Assembly (NCBI RefSeq): GCF_018350175.1
Contig: NC_058383.1
Span: forward strand, 24,182,001-24,246,000
From: Felis catus
Lineage: Eukaryota
Length of the DNA: 64,000 nt
Reading direction: 5' to 3'
The notes under the pieces were generated by a model. The model was not told where the DNA came from. It saw only the letters and a list, made by a program, of their open reading frames with translations, and did not search any database. Below are positions 49,152-58,300 of the stretch, one piece after another. The translations under genes and the position numbers were made by a program. Each line of letters begins with the position of its first letter. Within the stretch, counting starts at the first letter, position 1.

Positions 49152-50572
49152 ACCCTATGACCCAGCAATAGCAGTGCTAGGAATTTACCCAAGGGATACA
49201 GGAGTGCTGATGCATAGGGGCACTTGTACCCCAATGTTGATAGCAGCACTTTCAACAATAGCCAAATTATGGAAAGAGCCTCAATGTCCATCAACTGATG
49301 AATGGATAAAGAGGTTGTGGTTTATATATACAACGCAATGCTACTTGGCAATGAGAAAGAATGAAATACGGCCTTCTGTATCAATGTGGGTGAAACTGGA
49401 CAGTGTTATGCTAAGTGAAATAAGTCATACAGAAAAAGACAGATACCATATGTTTTCACTCTTATGTGGATCCTGAGAAACTTAACAGAAGACCATGGGG
49501 GAGGAGAAGGAAAAAAAGTTAGAGAGGGAGGGAGGCAAACCTAAAGAGACTCCTAAAAACTGATAATAAACTGAGGGTTGATGGTGGGTGGGAGGGAGGG
49601 GAAAGTGGGTGATAGGTATCAAGGAGGGCACTTGTTAGGATGAGCACTGGGTGTTGTATGGAAACCAATTTGAGAACACATTTCATAATAAAAAAAAGAT
49701 AAAGATATCAAAACTTCCCAGGAAACTGTTAATTTTACTCAATTCTTTTTGCTTTGTTTTATTCACATTTTATAATCTCCATCAATCTTTCTTGAAGTTC
49801 ACTGGTTCTCTCTTGTGACAATTGATTAAATCTACTATTAAGCCCTTTTAATGAATTCTTCACTTTTGTTATTATACTTTTCAACTCCAGAATTCCCAAC
49901 TGGCTCTTCTTTTCATAATTTCTACCTTTTTACTGATATTTTCTATTTGATCTTGTTTTCATACATTCCATTATTTCTTTAAAAAAATTTTTTTAATGTT
50001 TATTTCTGAGACAGAGAGAGACAGAGCATGAGTGGGGGAGGGGCAGAAAGAGAGAGCGACACAATATCAGGCTCCAGGCTCTGAGCTGTCAGCACAGAGC
50101 CTGAAGTGAGGCTCGAACTCACAGACCGCAAGATCATGACCTGAGCCGAAGCCGGACTCTCAACCGACTGAGCCACCCAGGCGCCCCTACATTCCATTAT
50201 TTCTTAAATCATGGTTTCCTTTAGTTCTTTGAACATTTTTTTTTACAATGGTTACATTGTAAAATATTTGTAAAACCTGATATCTGGTATCTCTCATGTG
50301 GAATTATTTACAACTTAAAAGAAAGTGAATTACTGAACAATTTTATGTATCATTGAACTGACTAAATTGTAAACATCAAAGGGATACACAAAAGTCTTGC
50401 AAGTTTGATCTACAGTGTCTATGACACTCTGAAGAGACCTACCTGAGAGAATAGACAGAATAGTGGATTTTCCTGCTCCATTGTGTCCTAGAAGAACAGT
50501 AATCTGCCCCATATATAAATTCAAAGACAAGTCTTTTACAGCTATTTTGGTAGTATTTTGCATTCGGAATTC
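1563..50572 (-). CDS. Partial multi-exon gene: ABCA3-like ABC transporter (ABCA14/15/16 clade, most like ABCA15); join(50443-50572,36486-36640,36091-36246,35520-35730,17766-17916,11365-11463,10698-10866,9405-9705,1921-2170,1563-1767)
   Basis: Ten AG/GT-bounded exons with matching phases total 1827 nt = 609 codons with no stop. Intact Walker [10 protein letters not shown]-loop LCPQ, signature LSGGM, Walker B VVILDE, D-loop PTSGMD, H-loop TTH, plus TTMEEVF and FNNQAYHS motifs typical of ABCA3-family proteins. Paralog assignment is from memory. Confidence 0.92.
1921..2170 (-). CDS. ABCA3-like exon, ECD2 (250 nt)
   Basis: atcctag|GT GAC...GCA AC|gtatgt; [13 protein letters not shown]...[19 protein letters not shown]...FNKPQP. 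Confidence 0.93.
3109..3309 (+). mobile_element. Feline CAN-SINE
   Basis: ggggcacctgggtggc head, A-rich tail, TSD aattcaacatata. Confidence 0.9.
3397..3625 (+). mobile_element. Young feline SINEC_Fc
   Basis: CpG-rich head, (CT)n, poly-A; perfect 17-bp TSD agaaaatacccagctaa (3380-3396/3626-3642). Confidence 0.95.
5046..5263 (+). mobile_element. Feline CAN-SINE
   Basis: SINE head and tail; TSD about atttaaatgga. Confidence 0.85.
5573..5789 (-). mobile_element. Young feline SINEC_Fc
   Basis: Perfect 16-bp TSD acgaatcatgacttta (5557-5572/5790-5805). Confidence 0.95.
5892..6034 (-). mobile_element. Very short (143 bp) 5'-truncated L1 3' end
   Basis: L1 3'UTR terminus with T-rich tail; 15-bp TSD taggcaatgagtttt (5877-5891/6035-6049). 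Confidence 0.85.
6331..6697 (+). mobile_element. Short 5'-inverted (twin-primed) carnivore L1 3' end
   Basis: 6331-6510 is antisense L1 and 6511-6697 is the adjoining sense L1 3'UTR ending in an A tail. Confidence 0.75.
8770..9255 (+). mobile_element. MIR remnant interrupted by a CAN-SINE
   Basis: gtggttaag...gggcaaattact and ggtaaagtgcttagc...ggctcagtaaatg resemble the MIR core and 3' end. Confidence 0.55.
8928..9160 (+). mobile_element. Feline CAN-SINE
   Basis: gggtgcctgggtggctcag head, A-rich tail. Confidence 0.9.
9405..9705 (-). CDS. ABCA3-like exon, TM7 and start of ECD2 (301 nt)
   Basis: tctttag|TAT...CAA G|gtaaga; [34 protein letters not shown]...YGQTIVPLS...LKEVQG. Confidence 0.93.
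9904..10078. mobile_element. MER58A-like hAT non-autonomous DNA transposon
   Basis: TIRs caggggtcaacaaact / agtttgctagccactg; 8-bp TSD ttataagg/ttgtaagg. Confidence 0.75.
10698..10866 (-). CDS. ABCA3-like exon, linker before TMD2 (169 nt)
   Basis: tatacag|A GTC...ACT GGG|gtaagc; [15 protein letters not shown]...SPAIMFNTG; phases fit both neighbours. Confidence 0.88.
11365..11463 (-). CDS. ABCA3-like exon, R1 end (99 nt; not in the ORF track)
   Basis: attctag|C TTT GAA...TTT AG|gtgagc; [33 protein letters not shown]. Confidence 0.93.
11812..12010 (+). mobile_element. CAN-SINE
   Basis: ggcgcctgggtagctcag head, CT tract, aataaac-A tail. Confidence 0.85.
12171..12389 (-). mobile_element. Feline CAN-SINE
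   Basis: 15-bp TSD agagacatcaagagt (12156-12170/12390-12404). Confidence 0.9.
13217..13274. repeat. (TATTG)n pentanucleotide microsatellite
   Basis: Read directly from the sequence. Confidence 0.9.
13276..13458. mobile_element. Tail-to-tail SINE composite: CAN-SINE 3' half (+) and short tRNA-derived SINE (-)
   Basis: CT tract plus aaataaatattaaaaaaa, then minus-strand ...aagatcaagagtc...gagccagccaggcactcc. Confidence 0.65.
17766..17916 (-). CDS. ABCA3-like exon, regulatory domain R1 (151 nt)
   Basis: ttctcag|GT GTG GGA...CAC AG|gtatga; [50 protein letters not shown]. Confidence 0.93.
19171..25991 (+). mobile_element. Full-length inactive felid LINE-1 (older subfamily)
   Basis: ggaggagccaagatggcg 5' end, ORF1 from 20871, ORF2 from about 21860 (EN and RT motifs, frameshifted), poly-A; 17-bp TSD aagcagtaccgaaaaga/aagaagtaccaaaaaga (19154-19170/25992-26008). 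Confidence 0.93.
25508..25566. repeat. (TG)n(TA)n compound microsatellite inside the L1
   Basis: Read directly from the sequence. Confidence 0.9.
26849..27061 (-). mobile_element. Feline CAN-SINE
   Basis: TSD taaattactt (26839-26848/27062-27071). Confidence 0.88.
28585..28762 (+). mobile_element. Short felid L1 3' end nested in the older L1
   Basis: Ends ggaaaccaatttgacaataaa; host reads tagccataaaaaa|gtgaaatcttgc across it. Confidence 0.7.
28935..29130 (+). mobile_element. Feline CAN-SINE abutting the 5' end of L1-A
   Basis: ggggcgcctgggtggctcag head; tail aaataaataaatattt joined directly to the L1 5' end. Confidence 0.9.
29131..35036 (+). mobile_element. Full-length inactive L1_Fc-type LINE-1 (L1-A)
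   Basis: CpG-rich 5'UTR, ORF1 about 30059-30947, ORF2 about 30998-34803 broken by stops and frameshifts, poly-A. Confidence 0.95.
35520..35730 (-). CDS. ABCA3-like exon, Walker B/D-loop/H-loop (211 nt)
   Basis: gctttag|GTT GTG...TAT G|gtctct; [71 protein letters not shown]. The donor is weak. Confidence 0.9.
36091..36246 (-). CDS. ABCA3-like exon, ABC signature (156 nt)
   Basis: tttctag|GTA AAA GGA...TCC CAG|gtaaaa; [52 protein letters not shown]. Confidence 0.95.
36486..36640 (-). CDS. ABCA3-like exon, NBD1 Q-loop (155 nt)
   Basis: atcctag|GT CTC...TGT TTG|gtaaac; [52 protein letters not shown]. Confidence 0.95.
36731..40823 (+). mobile_element. L1_Fc-type LINE-1 with 5' end but no 3' 1.8 kb (L1-B)
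   Basis: ggaagatggtggc 5' end, ORF1, EN, RT up to ...gaattcagttgca, then an abrupt switch to antisense L1. Confidence 0.92.
40824..46295 (-). mobile_element. Near full-length L1_Fc-type LINE-1 with a spliced 5'UTR (L1-C)
   Basis: T-tract 40824-40830, ORF2 and ORF1 fragments on the minus strand, 5' end gaagatggcggcgtaggagg; 427-nt 5'UTR gap at 46127/46128. Confidence 0.95.
46345..46551 (-). mobile_element. CAN-SINE
   Basis: Minus-strand SINE; degenerate TSD tggcctccactatttct/tggactccattctttct. Confidence 0.82.
46569..47848 (-). mobile_element. 5'-truncated felid L1 (L1-D; same subfamily as 19171-25991)
   Basis: T-tail, 3'UTR matching 25800-25980, ORF2 C-terminal peptides. Confidence 0.9.
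48158..49699 (+). mobile_element. 5'-inverted (twin-primed) L1_Fc-type insertion (L1-E)
   Basis: Antisense about 48158-48283, sense 48284-49699; 17-bp TSD taaagatatcacaactt/taaagatatcaaaactt (48141-48157/49700-49716). Confidence 0.9.
49980..50187 (-). mobile_element. Feline CAN-SINE
   Basis: Perfect 18-bp TSD tacattccattatttctt (49962-49979/50188-50205). Confidence 0.93.
50443..50572 (-). CDS. ABCA3-like exon, NBD1 start with Walker A (130 nt)
   Basis: ccccaacag|GAA...TCA G|gtaggt; [44 protein letters not shown]. Confidence 0.95.
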
Positions 50573-51409
50573 CTGTTGGGGAAAATACACAAATATTGAC
50601 TTCATCTATCACTATCACTTTGAAAGAACAAACACTCAAATCAACTATTTGTACAAGAAACCATACCACATAATCAATCTTGTAAGGAAAAAGAAATAAA
50701 AATTTAAGAAGGATGAAATTGTGATTGGAACAAATTAATTGATGCCATAACACGAGTTGTAAAATTTCACAGTAAATATATAAACATCCCTCAGTAATAT
50801 CCATTCATGCTTTGATTCAATTAACATCTTAAAGCTGATAATGCCATAATCTTCTTAAGTTCATGCATTTGTCCTGGTTTGGACAACTGCCAACAGAAAA
50901 CCTGGATGAAACATCTAAAACAGATATTTTATAGGCATCTCAAATTTCTTCTTTTGTATAGGTTAGCAGTGCTTCTGCTTAAGATGCAAAAATATGGAAA
51001 GAGCATCACTCTCACTCTAGAAAACAAGAAACTAAATAATCTAAAAAAATCTTAAGTTTTCTTGAACTCATCAGAGGAGTGATATTTCCAGGCAACCAAT
51101 CAGCCTTAAATTTAAGAAAAGATAGACGCCTTCAAGGAGAGATGATATACAAACATCTGCTTGTCTGGAGAAAACACAGGCACTATGAAGCTAGTAAAAG
51201 GATTCTGGTCAATTTTTGATGAAAGCAAAGTAAAAACACTTGAAGAAACAATATCTAAATTAAAAAGTTGGGATTCAAGCCCATTTCATTCAGACTTCAA
51301 ACATCTATTCCTTCCAATATAACAGATGGTGAATAAAGCAAAACATCTTGTGTAACAACAAAAAAAGGCTATTTCTCTTTTATTCCAAATGGCAGTAAAA
51401 GTTTTTTCC

Positions 51410-51865
51410 CTAGGTGTCCTCCTTAATACCCATCACCCATTTAGCCCAGCCCCCATTCACCTCCCTCCATCAACCCTCAGTTTGTTCTCTCTCCTTAAGA
51501 GTCTCTTATTGCTTGCTTCCCTCTCTTTTTTTACCCCTTGGCATATGTTCATCTGCTGTTTCCTAGATTCCACATGAGTGAAATTATATGGTTTTTGTCT
51601 TTCTCTGACATATTTTTCTTAGCATAATACACTCTAGCTCCACCCACATTGTTGCAAATGTCAAGGTTTAATTCTTTTTGATGGCCGAGTAATATTCCAG
51701 CGTATGTGTGTTTGTGTGTGTGTGTACACACACACACCACATCTTCTTTATCCATTCATCAGTTGATGGACATTTGGGTTCTTTCTATAGTTTGGTTATT
51801 ACTGTTAATGCTGCTATAAACACCAGGGTGCATATACCCCTTGAAATCTGTATTTTTGTATTTTT
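51410..51865 (-). mobile_element. Carnivore L1 3' fragment
   Basis: cctccttaatacccatcacccattt...ttagcataatacactctagc...gatggacatttggg. Confidence 0.75.
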
Positions 51866-51869
51866 TTCT

Positions 51870-52073
51870 TTTATTTTTTTAATGTTTATTTATTTTTGAA
51901 AGAGAGAGTGTGAGCTGGGAGAGGGGCAGAGAGAGGGAGACACAGAATCTGAAGGAGGCTCCGGCTCTGAGGTGTCCACACAGAGCCCGACGTGGGGATT
52001 GAACCCATGAATCACGAGATCATGACCTGAGCCGAAGTTGGACACCTAACCGACTGAGCCACCCAGGCACCCC
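51870..52073 (-). mobile_element. Feline CAN-SINE
   Basis: T-tail, GA tract, ends gagccacccaggcaccc. Confidence 0.88.
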
Positions 52074-52259
52074 TGTGTCTTTTTCAAACTTCAACCAAGC
52101 CAACCTCAAATTCTCCCTCAATGTCTTCAATATCCATAAATCTCTCCAACAACCACCCATTGTTCAAGGCACAAAACCAACAGCTACATTAGTGTCCTCC
52201 TTTTCCTTCAATTTCACAAGCAACCATTAAGCAAATCTTTTCAGCTCTAACCCCAAATA

Positions 52260-52414
52260 CAGTAAAACATTGGTTTGTGAGTAACTTGTTCTGTGAATGT
52301 TCTGCAAGATGAGAAAATATTTCTAATAAATTTTAACTTGATAAATGAGAGATGTCTTGTAATACAAATAGTACATGATGCCAAACATCACATGATCACA
52401 ACTGACCAATGGTT

Positions 52415-52477
<63 letters not shown>

Positions 52478-53545
52478 TTCTTTCTCTCTGTGGTATTGTG
52501 AGTGATCATCTCCTATGCTCACATGCTCGATCTCAGGCCACAGTGTTTGGCAGAAGTCAGTGATTTTTTTCAGAATGTTGGAAGGTGCCCATAATGGGCA
52601 CTAGTGTATTTTTTGTCACTTCAAAGCATGTATGGACAGTCATTTGCTTTTTCATACAAGAGTAAGCTTAGGGATGCTTTGCTTCATTCTAGGTCAGGCT
52701 GCCTGCCGACATAGACACTTTTTTTCTGCTGCCTTACTGCCAGTTACATTAAATACAGTATATGACAAGAATTTATTAATACTGTATTGTAGTCAACATC
52801 TGTGCAAGCATATACAATGGGCCCCGTGCAGAAAAGGGTTGAAAAGAAAGGCAGCGAGAAGGAGATGATTATGGTGGAAGTTAAGAATGAAATCAAGAAG
52901 TACAAACGAGGTATGCAAGTGGCTGAAAGTGCAAGATTTTATAAGAAGTCTCTGTCTCTATTCTGTCTATAGAGGAGGAGGAGGACAAAAAGGTGGAGAA
53001 ATTCCTCACTTCAAGTGAGATTAGGGGGATGTGTAAAATGTGGGAAACACTGCAAAATTTTGTAGAAAATCATCACCCGAATAAGGATGTAGCAGTGTGA
53101 AGGATGAATATGTTTAATGACAATGCAAAATCACCTTTACATGAAATCCTGAAAAGAAGGCAAAACCAAGTGTCATTGGATAGGTTCCTTGTTAAAGTTA
53201 CACAAAAAGAAAAAGATTCCATTGAGCCAATAGATAGCAGTGATTCCATTAGTGATAGTAAAAATCGTCCTACACAATAACCCTCCACTCTCTTGTCTCC
53301 CTCACACCAGCATGAAGGTTTTCAAAGGTAAGTGCAGCTTAATTTATTTTTCTGTATATTTTGTATTTTCCTTATTATTTTGTATTATATTACAGTATTG
53401 TAATCATTGTTATATGTGTATTTTTGGGTTGTGGAACGAATCATCTGAGTTTCCATTATTTAAGGGGAAATTCGCTTTGACATACAAGTGCTTTGGATTA
53501 CAAACATGTTTCCAAAATGAATTATACTTGCAAATGAATTTACTG
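52260..53545 (+). mobile_element. Tigger/pogo-like DNA transposon, internally deleted
   Basis: TA|cagtaaa...tttactg|TA termini; transposase remnants KEMIMVEVKNEIKKYKRGMQVAESARFYKKS (HTH-like) and EILKRRQNQVSLDRFLV (C-terminus); internal (TC)n at about 52419-52474. Confidence 0.8.
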
Positions 53546-53575
53546 TATGTTCTGAATCTCTACACTTCTATCTCC

Positions 53576-53862
53576 ATATGATTTCACTCATATGTGGAAT
53601 TTAAGGAACAAATGAATACAGGGAGGAAAAAGAGAGGCAAACCAAGAATCAGACTCTTAAGTGTAGAGAACTGATGATTACAGGAGGGGAGGTAGGCGGG
53701 GCGATAGGTTAAATGGGTGATGGGTATTAAGGAGGGCACTTGTGATGAGCACCGGGTGTTGTATGTAAGTGATGAGTCACTAAATTCTATACCTGAAACC
53801 AATATTACGCTGTAAGTTAACTAACTGGAACTTAAACAAAAACTTGGAGAAAAAAATAATAA
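53576..53862 (+). mobile_element. Carnivore L1 3' end fragment
   Basis: atgatttcactcatatgtgg...ggagggcacttgtgatgagcac...A-rich tail. Confidence 0.75.
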
Positions 53863-53999
53863 AGGCCTATAATTATTGTCCAACCTTTTAAAAATGGAAT
53901 CCAAGTTTTATTGTGGCCTTCAAGGTCCCCTACATGATTTGTATTATGAGTATATTGCCAAATTCATTTCATGTCATTTGCTTTCTTCACTCCAACTTT

Positions 54000-55208
54000 T
54001 TTTTTCAATATATGAAATTTATTGTCAAATTGGTTTCCATACAACACCCAGTGCTCATCCCAAAAGGTGCCCTCCTCAATACCCATCACCCACCCTCCCC
54101 TCCCTTCCACCCCCCATCAACTCTCAGTTTGTTCTCAGTTTTTAACAGTCTCTTATGTTTTGGCTCTCTCCCGCTCTAACCTCTTTTTTTTTTTTCTTCC
54201 CCTCCCCTCCTCCATGGTTTCTGTTAAGTTTCTCAGGATCCACATAAGAGTGAAAACATATGGTATCTGTCTTTCTCTGTATGGCTTATTTCACTTAGCA
54301 TCACACTCTTCAGTTCCATCCATGTTGCTACAAAGGGCCATATTTCGTTCTTTCTCATTGCCACGTAGTACTCCATTGTGTATATAAACCACAATTTCTT
54401 TATCCGTTCATCAGTTGATGGACATTTAGGCTCTTTCCATAATTTGGCTATTGTTGAGAGTGCTGCTATCAACATTGGGGTACAAGTGCCCCTATGCATC
54501 AGTACTCCTGTATCTCTTGGGTAAATTCCTAGCAGTGCTATTGCTGGGTCATAGGGTAGGTCTATTTTTAATTTTCTGAGGAACCTCCGCACTGCTTTCC
54601 AGAGTGGCTGCACCAATTTGCATTCCAACCAACAGTGCAAGAGGGTTCCCGTTTCTCCACATCCTCTCCAGCATCTATAGTCTCCTGATTTGTTCATCTT
54701 GGCCACTCTGACTGGCGTGAGGTGATATCTGAGTGTGGTTTTGATTTGTATTTCCCTGATAAGGAGCGACGTTGAGCATCTTGTCATGTGCCTGTTGACC
54801 ATCCAGATGTCTTCTTTAGAGAAGTGTCTATTCATGTTTTCTGCCCATTTCTTCACTGGGTTATTTGTTTTTTGGGTGTGGAGTTTGGTGAACTCTTTAT
54901 AGATTTTGGATACTAGCCCTTTATCTGATATGTCATTTGCAAATATCTTTTCCCATTCGGTTGGTTGCCTTTTAGTTTTGTTGGTTGTTTCCTTTGCTGT
55001 GCAGAAGCTTTTTATCTTCATAAGGTCCCAGTAATTCATTTTTGCTTTTAATTCCCTTGCCTTTGGGGATGTGTCGAGTAAGAGATTGCTATGGCTGAGG
55101 TCAGAGAGGTCTTTTCCTGCTTTCTCCTCTAGGGTTTTGATGGTTTCCTGTCTCACATTCAGGTCCTTAATCCATTTTGAGTTTATTTTTGTGAATGGTG
55201 TGAGAAAG
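54000..55208 (-). mobile_element. 5'-truncated young L1_Fc-type (L1-F)
   Basis: Open ORF2 C-terminus (307 aa); perfect 16-bp TSD tcttcactccaacttt (53984-53999/55209-55224). Confidence 0.95.
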
Positions 55209-55384
55209 TCTTCACTCCAACTTTAATCTCATCTGTGTTCCTCAACAAATGAAGATCTTTTCTATCTCAGGGCTTTGAATTTTCTGTCTGTTTGAATTAT
55301 CTGTACCTAGTTGTTGTTTGTTTGTTTGTTTGTTTTTTAACTATCTACCCCATTCTCATCACTCTGATCTCAGCTTTAATGTCA

Positions 55385-58300
55385 CTGTTACAAGCTGGGT
55401 TCCCAGGAAGCACTCTTGATTGGAAGATTAGAATGTAGGAAGTTTATTAAAGATCAACACCTGTAGAAGAAAAGGCTGGAAAGAAACTGGGCAGAGGATG
55501 AATACAAAATACAGTTAAGCAACTCTAAGGCCTCAGAGAAGCTGTTAGGCTAGAATGGCTATTTAAAGTTATCCCAACTTGGGAGATAGGGTCTTCATGC
55601 CCTCTCATGGAATAGTCATTGGATTTAGGTTTCTCCAATGCAAGGAACAAGAGCTTAGGTGAGGGTAGCTCTCCATTGCCAAAGATATTCCAAACAAGGT
55701 GACACTGAGCTGTCAGCTAAGGCTGTCATCTTTTTCACACTCTTTTCCACAGTTGGGAAAAAAGGTCTTTCATTCCAGAGAGTGGCATCTGGGTAGTGCA
55801 GTATACTCTCCAGTCCACTCCTTGCATTAAATTCTCTTCCTTCATCAAGTTCTGGCAGCAGCTTCTTCAGGACTCTAGTGAAACGTTTCCTGAGGGGAAC
55901 TTATATGAAAAATGTTAAGTGGGATCCCTGCCACTGGCCTTAACACTGCAGCTGAGATTATCTTCATAATTTACTGTCTATTCTAGATTACTCTCATATT
56001 TGGCTAGCATTATGGATAATCTTATGTGGGGTTGATCCAAACATTCTTCCTGAGGTTGCTATGCACTCCTCAGGCCATGACTGCTACATTTTTCCTTTTA
56101 CTACCAAATTGGGTAGGAGAGTATAAAGACATACAAGGGGATCATGTGAGTGCTAAATATATTCCTCCCTCTTCTATGTAATAGCTATCAACTTTACTTC
56201 CTGGTGATTATAATCAATCACTCTTTGCAGAAATGTGATTCCTCTTCTTGTTGGTCTCTTGGCATAAAAGCTTCAAAGTGGCTTGGCAGTAACCAGTTTA
56301 TAGTTCAAAGGATCTCTTGGTGCATCTTCCTTTTTGGGATCATGATCTCTCAGAGGCCATGGTTGGGATTACAGGAAGCACCAACTGCCCAAGTGGATCA
56401 CTAGGAGTACTAGTAACTAGGACCACTTCTGCTTCTACCCCTTGGTTTCTAACCATGTCTCCTACCTGTTGGGGACAAAGAACCACATAATGGCTTTTGT
56501 TTTAGTGTGACTATTGCATCCTGAAGGATGGTGACTCATTTGTGCAAATTACCATCTTTACATGATTGCCTCAAATATGCCTTCAGCAGGCTATTTCATC
56601 ACTTCCTTCAGATGAGAGCTTCTGGATGTATGTATAGACCAGCACATCCCAGGGTTGTGAGCTCACTACTGTACTTCCTTTGCTGTGAAGTAAGATTCTT
56701 TGATGTGACTGCATGTGGAATCCCATACTGGGGGACCAAACAATCAATAAGCTCTGGGATGTCATCTTGCGTGAGGTTCTACAGGCAAAAAAGTGCTTAC
56801 AGTAAGTGTTGATTCCTATAAGATGAAATGAAGTGCCTTTCAGTGTGAAAGAGGCCCAAAGTACTCATCTAGACACCAAGCAGATGTCTGATCTCCTTTG
56901 GAATGGTCCTCAGAAGTGAGTTTTGTTGAGGACATGCTATAAATGTGGCAAAAAGAATAGCAAGATTAACTATGGTAAGAGCCCATATTTTAGTTTTTCT
57001 TGTACTCCTGCCGCTATAGATTTCTATTCCTGTACCACTAATATTACCACTGATGGCAGAGGCTACCTAATGTCACCTGAGTCAATTTGTCTACATGGTT
57101 ATTTAGTACTTTCTTCCATGATATGTAGTCTCTAGTGGTTGTTAACATGCATTACAAATATCTTCCTACATTGTTCTCATTTTTATAGTTCCATCCATGT
57201 GCCTCTACCCTAGAATTTCTTGAACCTAATCTTCCAGTATTTCTCACTGTAAGCCCTTAATTTGCCAGATCATTAATCACTGCCCAGTTCAGTAGTCTTG
57301 GGCCAATTCAGTGACACAAAGTGGAGGACAAGGTGAAGAGCTGGAAGCTGTCTTTTGGGAGAATTTCCTCTCCTTTCCTCTTCCAAGGTTATTCCCATTA
57401 GGGCTCTAGTGCAGCTGCTAATCATTTATGAACCTCACCTATGTACCAAGCTGAACTACCTGTGAAGCAAACTCGGAACTTTTTCCTCCTGTGTGAATTG
57501 GTTAAAATGATAATTGTCTATGGCCATATGTGTGAGCTGAGGGAGAAGCACTGAACTGATAATCATGGATGACATGAAGATTTAGATTCCCTGCTCACAC
57601 AGCTTGCTGACGTCCACTGATTGTGCTCATGTTCAATCTTTGATATACCACTTTCATCTCATGATGGGGTAGCTGCCTGTCTCTAATGATATGGTGGTTC
57701 CAGCTCATGATGGAACCCAGCTCATCATGGCTACTTCTGGACCCAGTTACTTGGTGTCCTGTTATCAGTTACTTCATCTCCCCAACAGTGTGCCAGGAAC
57801 TGTTGTTGAAAAACACAATTATCTATCAATTGCTGATGGCATGGTTTTGATACAGAACTCTAGATGTCTGCACTGTTATTCTCCCATTCAGGTTTACGAT
57901 AAAATCAACAGGATATACTTTCCCAGCATGACACCACTAATACCATAAAGTCTGATGGACTGGGATCACCAAGCAGCAGAAGTGCTTCTACTACAGCCTG
58001 GACCTGCTGTGGTGTCCTTTCCTGCTCTGGACTCTACTCAAAGTTGGCATCTTTTTGTGTCACTTGGTATAGGAGTAAAGACAGTATTCTCAGGTATAGA
58101 ATATATTGACTTCAAAACCTGAAGTGACCAGCAGGAACTATTTTCCTTTTTCATGGTGGGAGGTATAAAATATACTAACCTATCCTTTATTTTGGAAAGG
58201 AATACTGGCAGATACCAGATCACTAACTCCTAAAAATTTTACTGATGTAGTAAGTCCCTGAGTATTTTTAAAATTTATTTTTAATATGAAATTTATTGTC

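Larger units (their letters stand above)
47850..50280 (-). mobile_element. Old L1M ORF1-region remnant (also 46296-46345) hosting younger inserts
   Basis: cagcacttt...atcatccattgccttctggcctcc...gagaactcagc; ttttggcttgctgttttcaagat; ttttcaactccagaattc. Confidence 0.6.
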
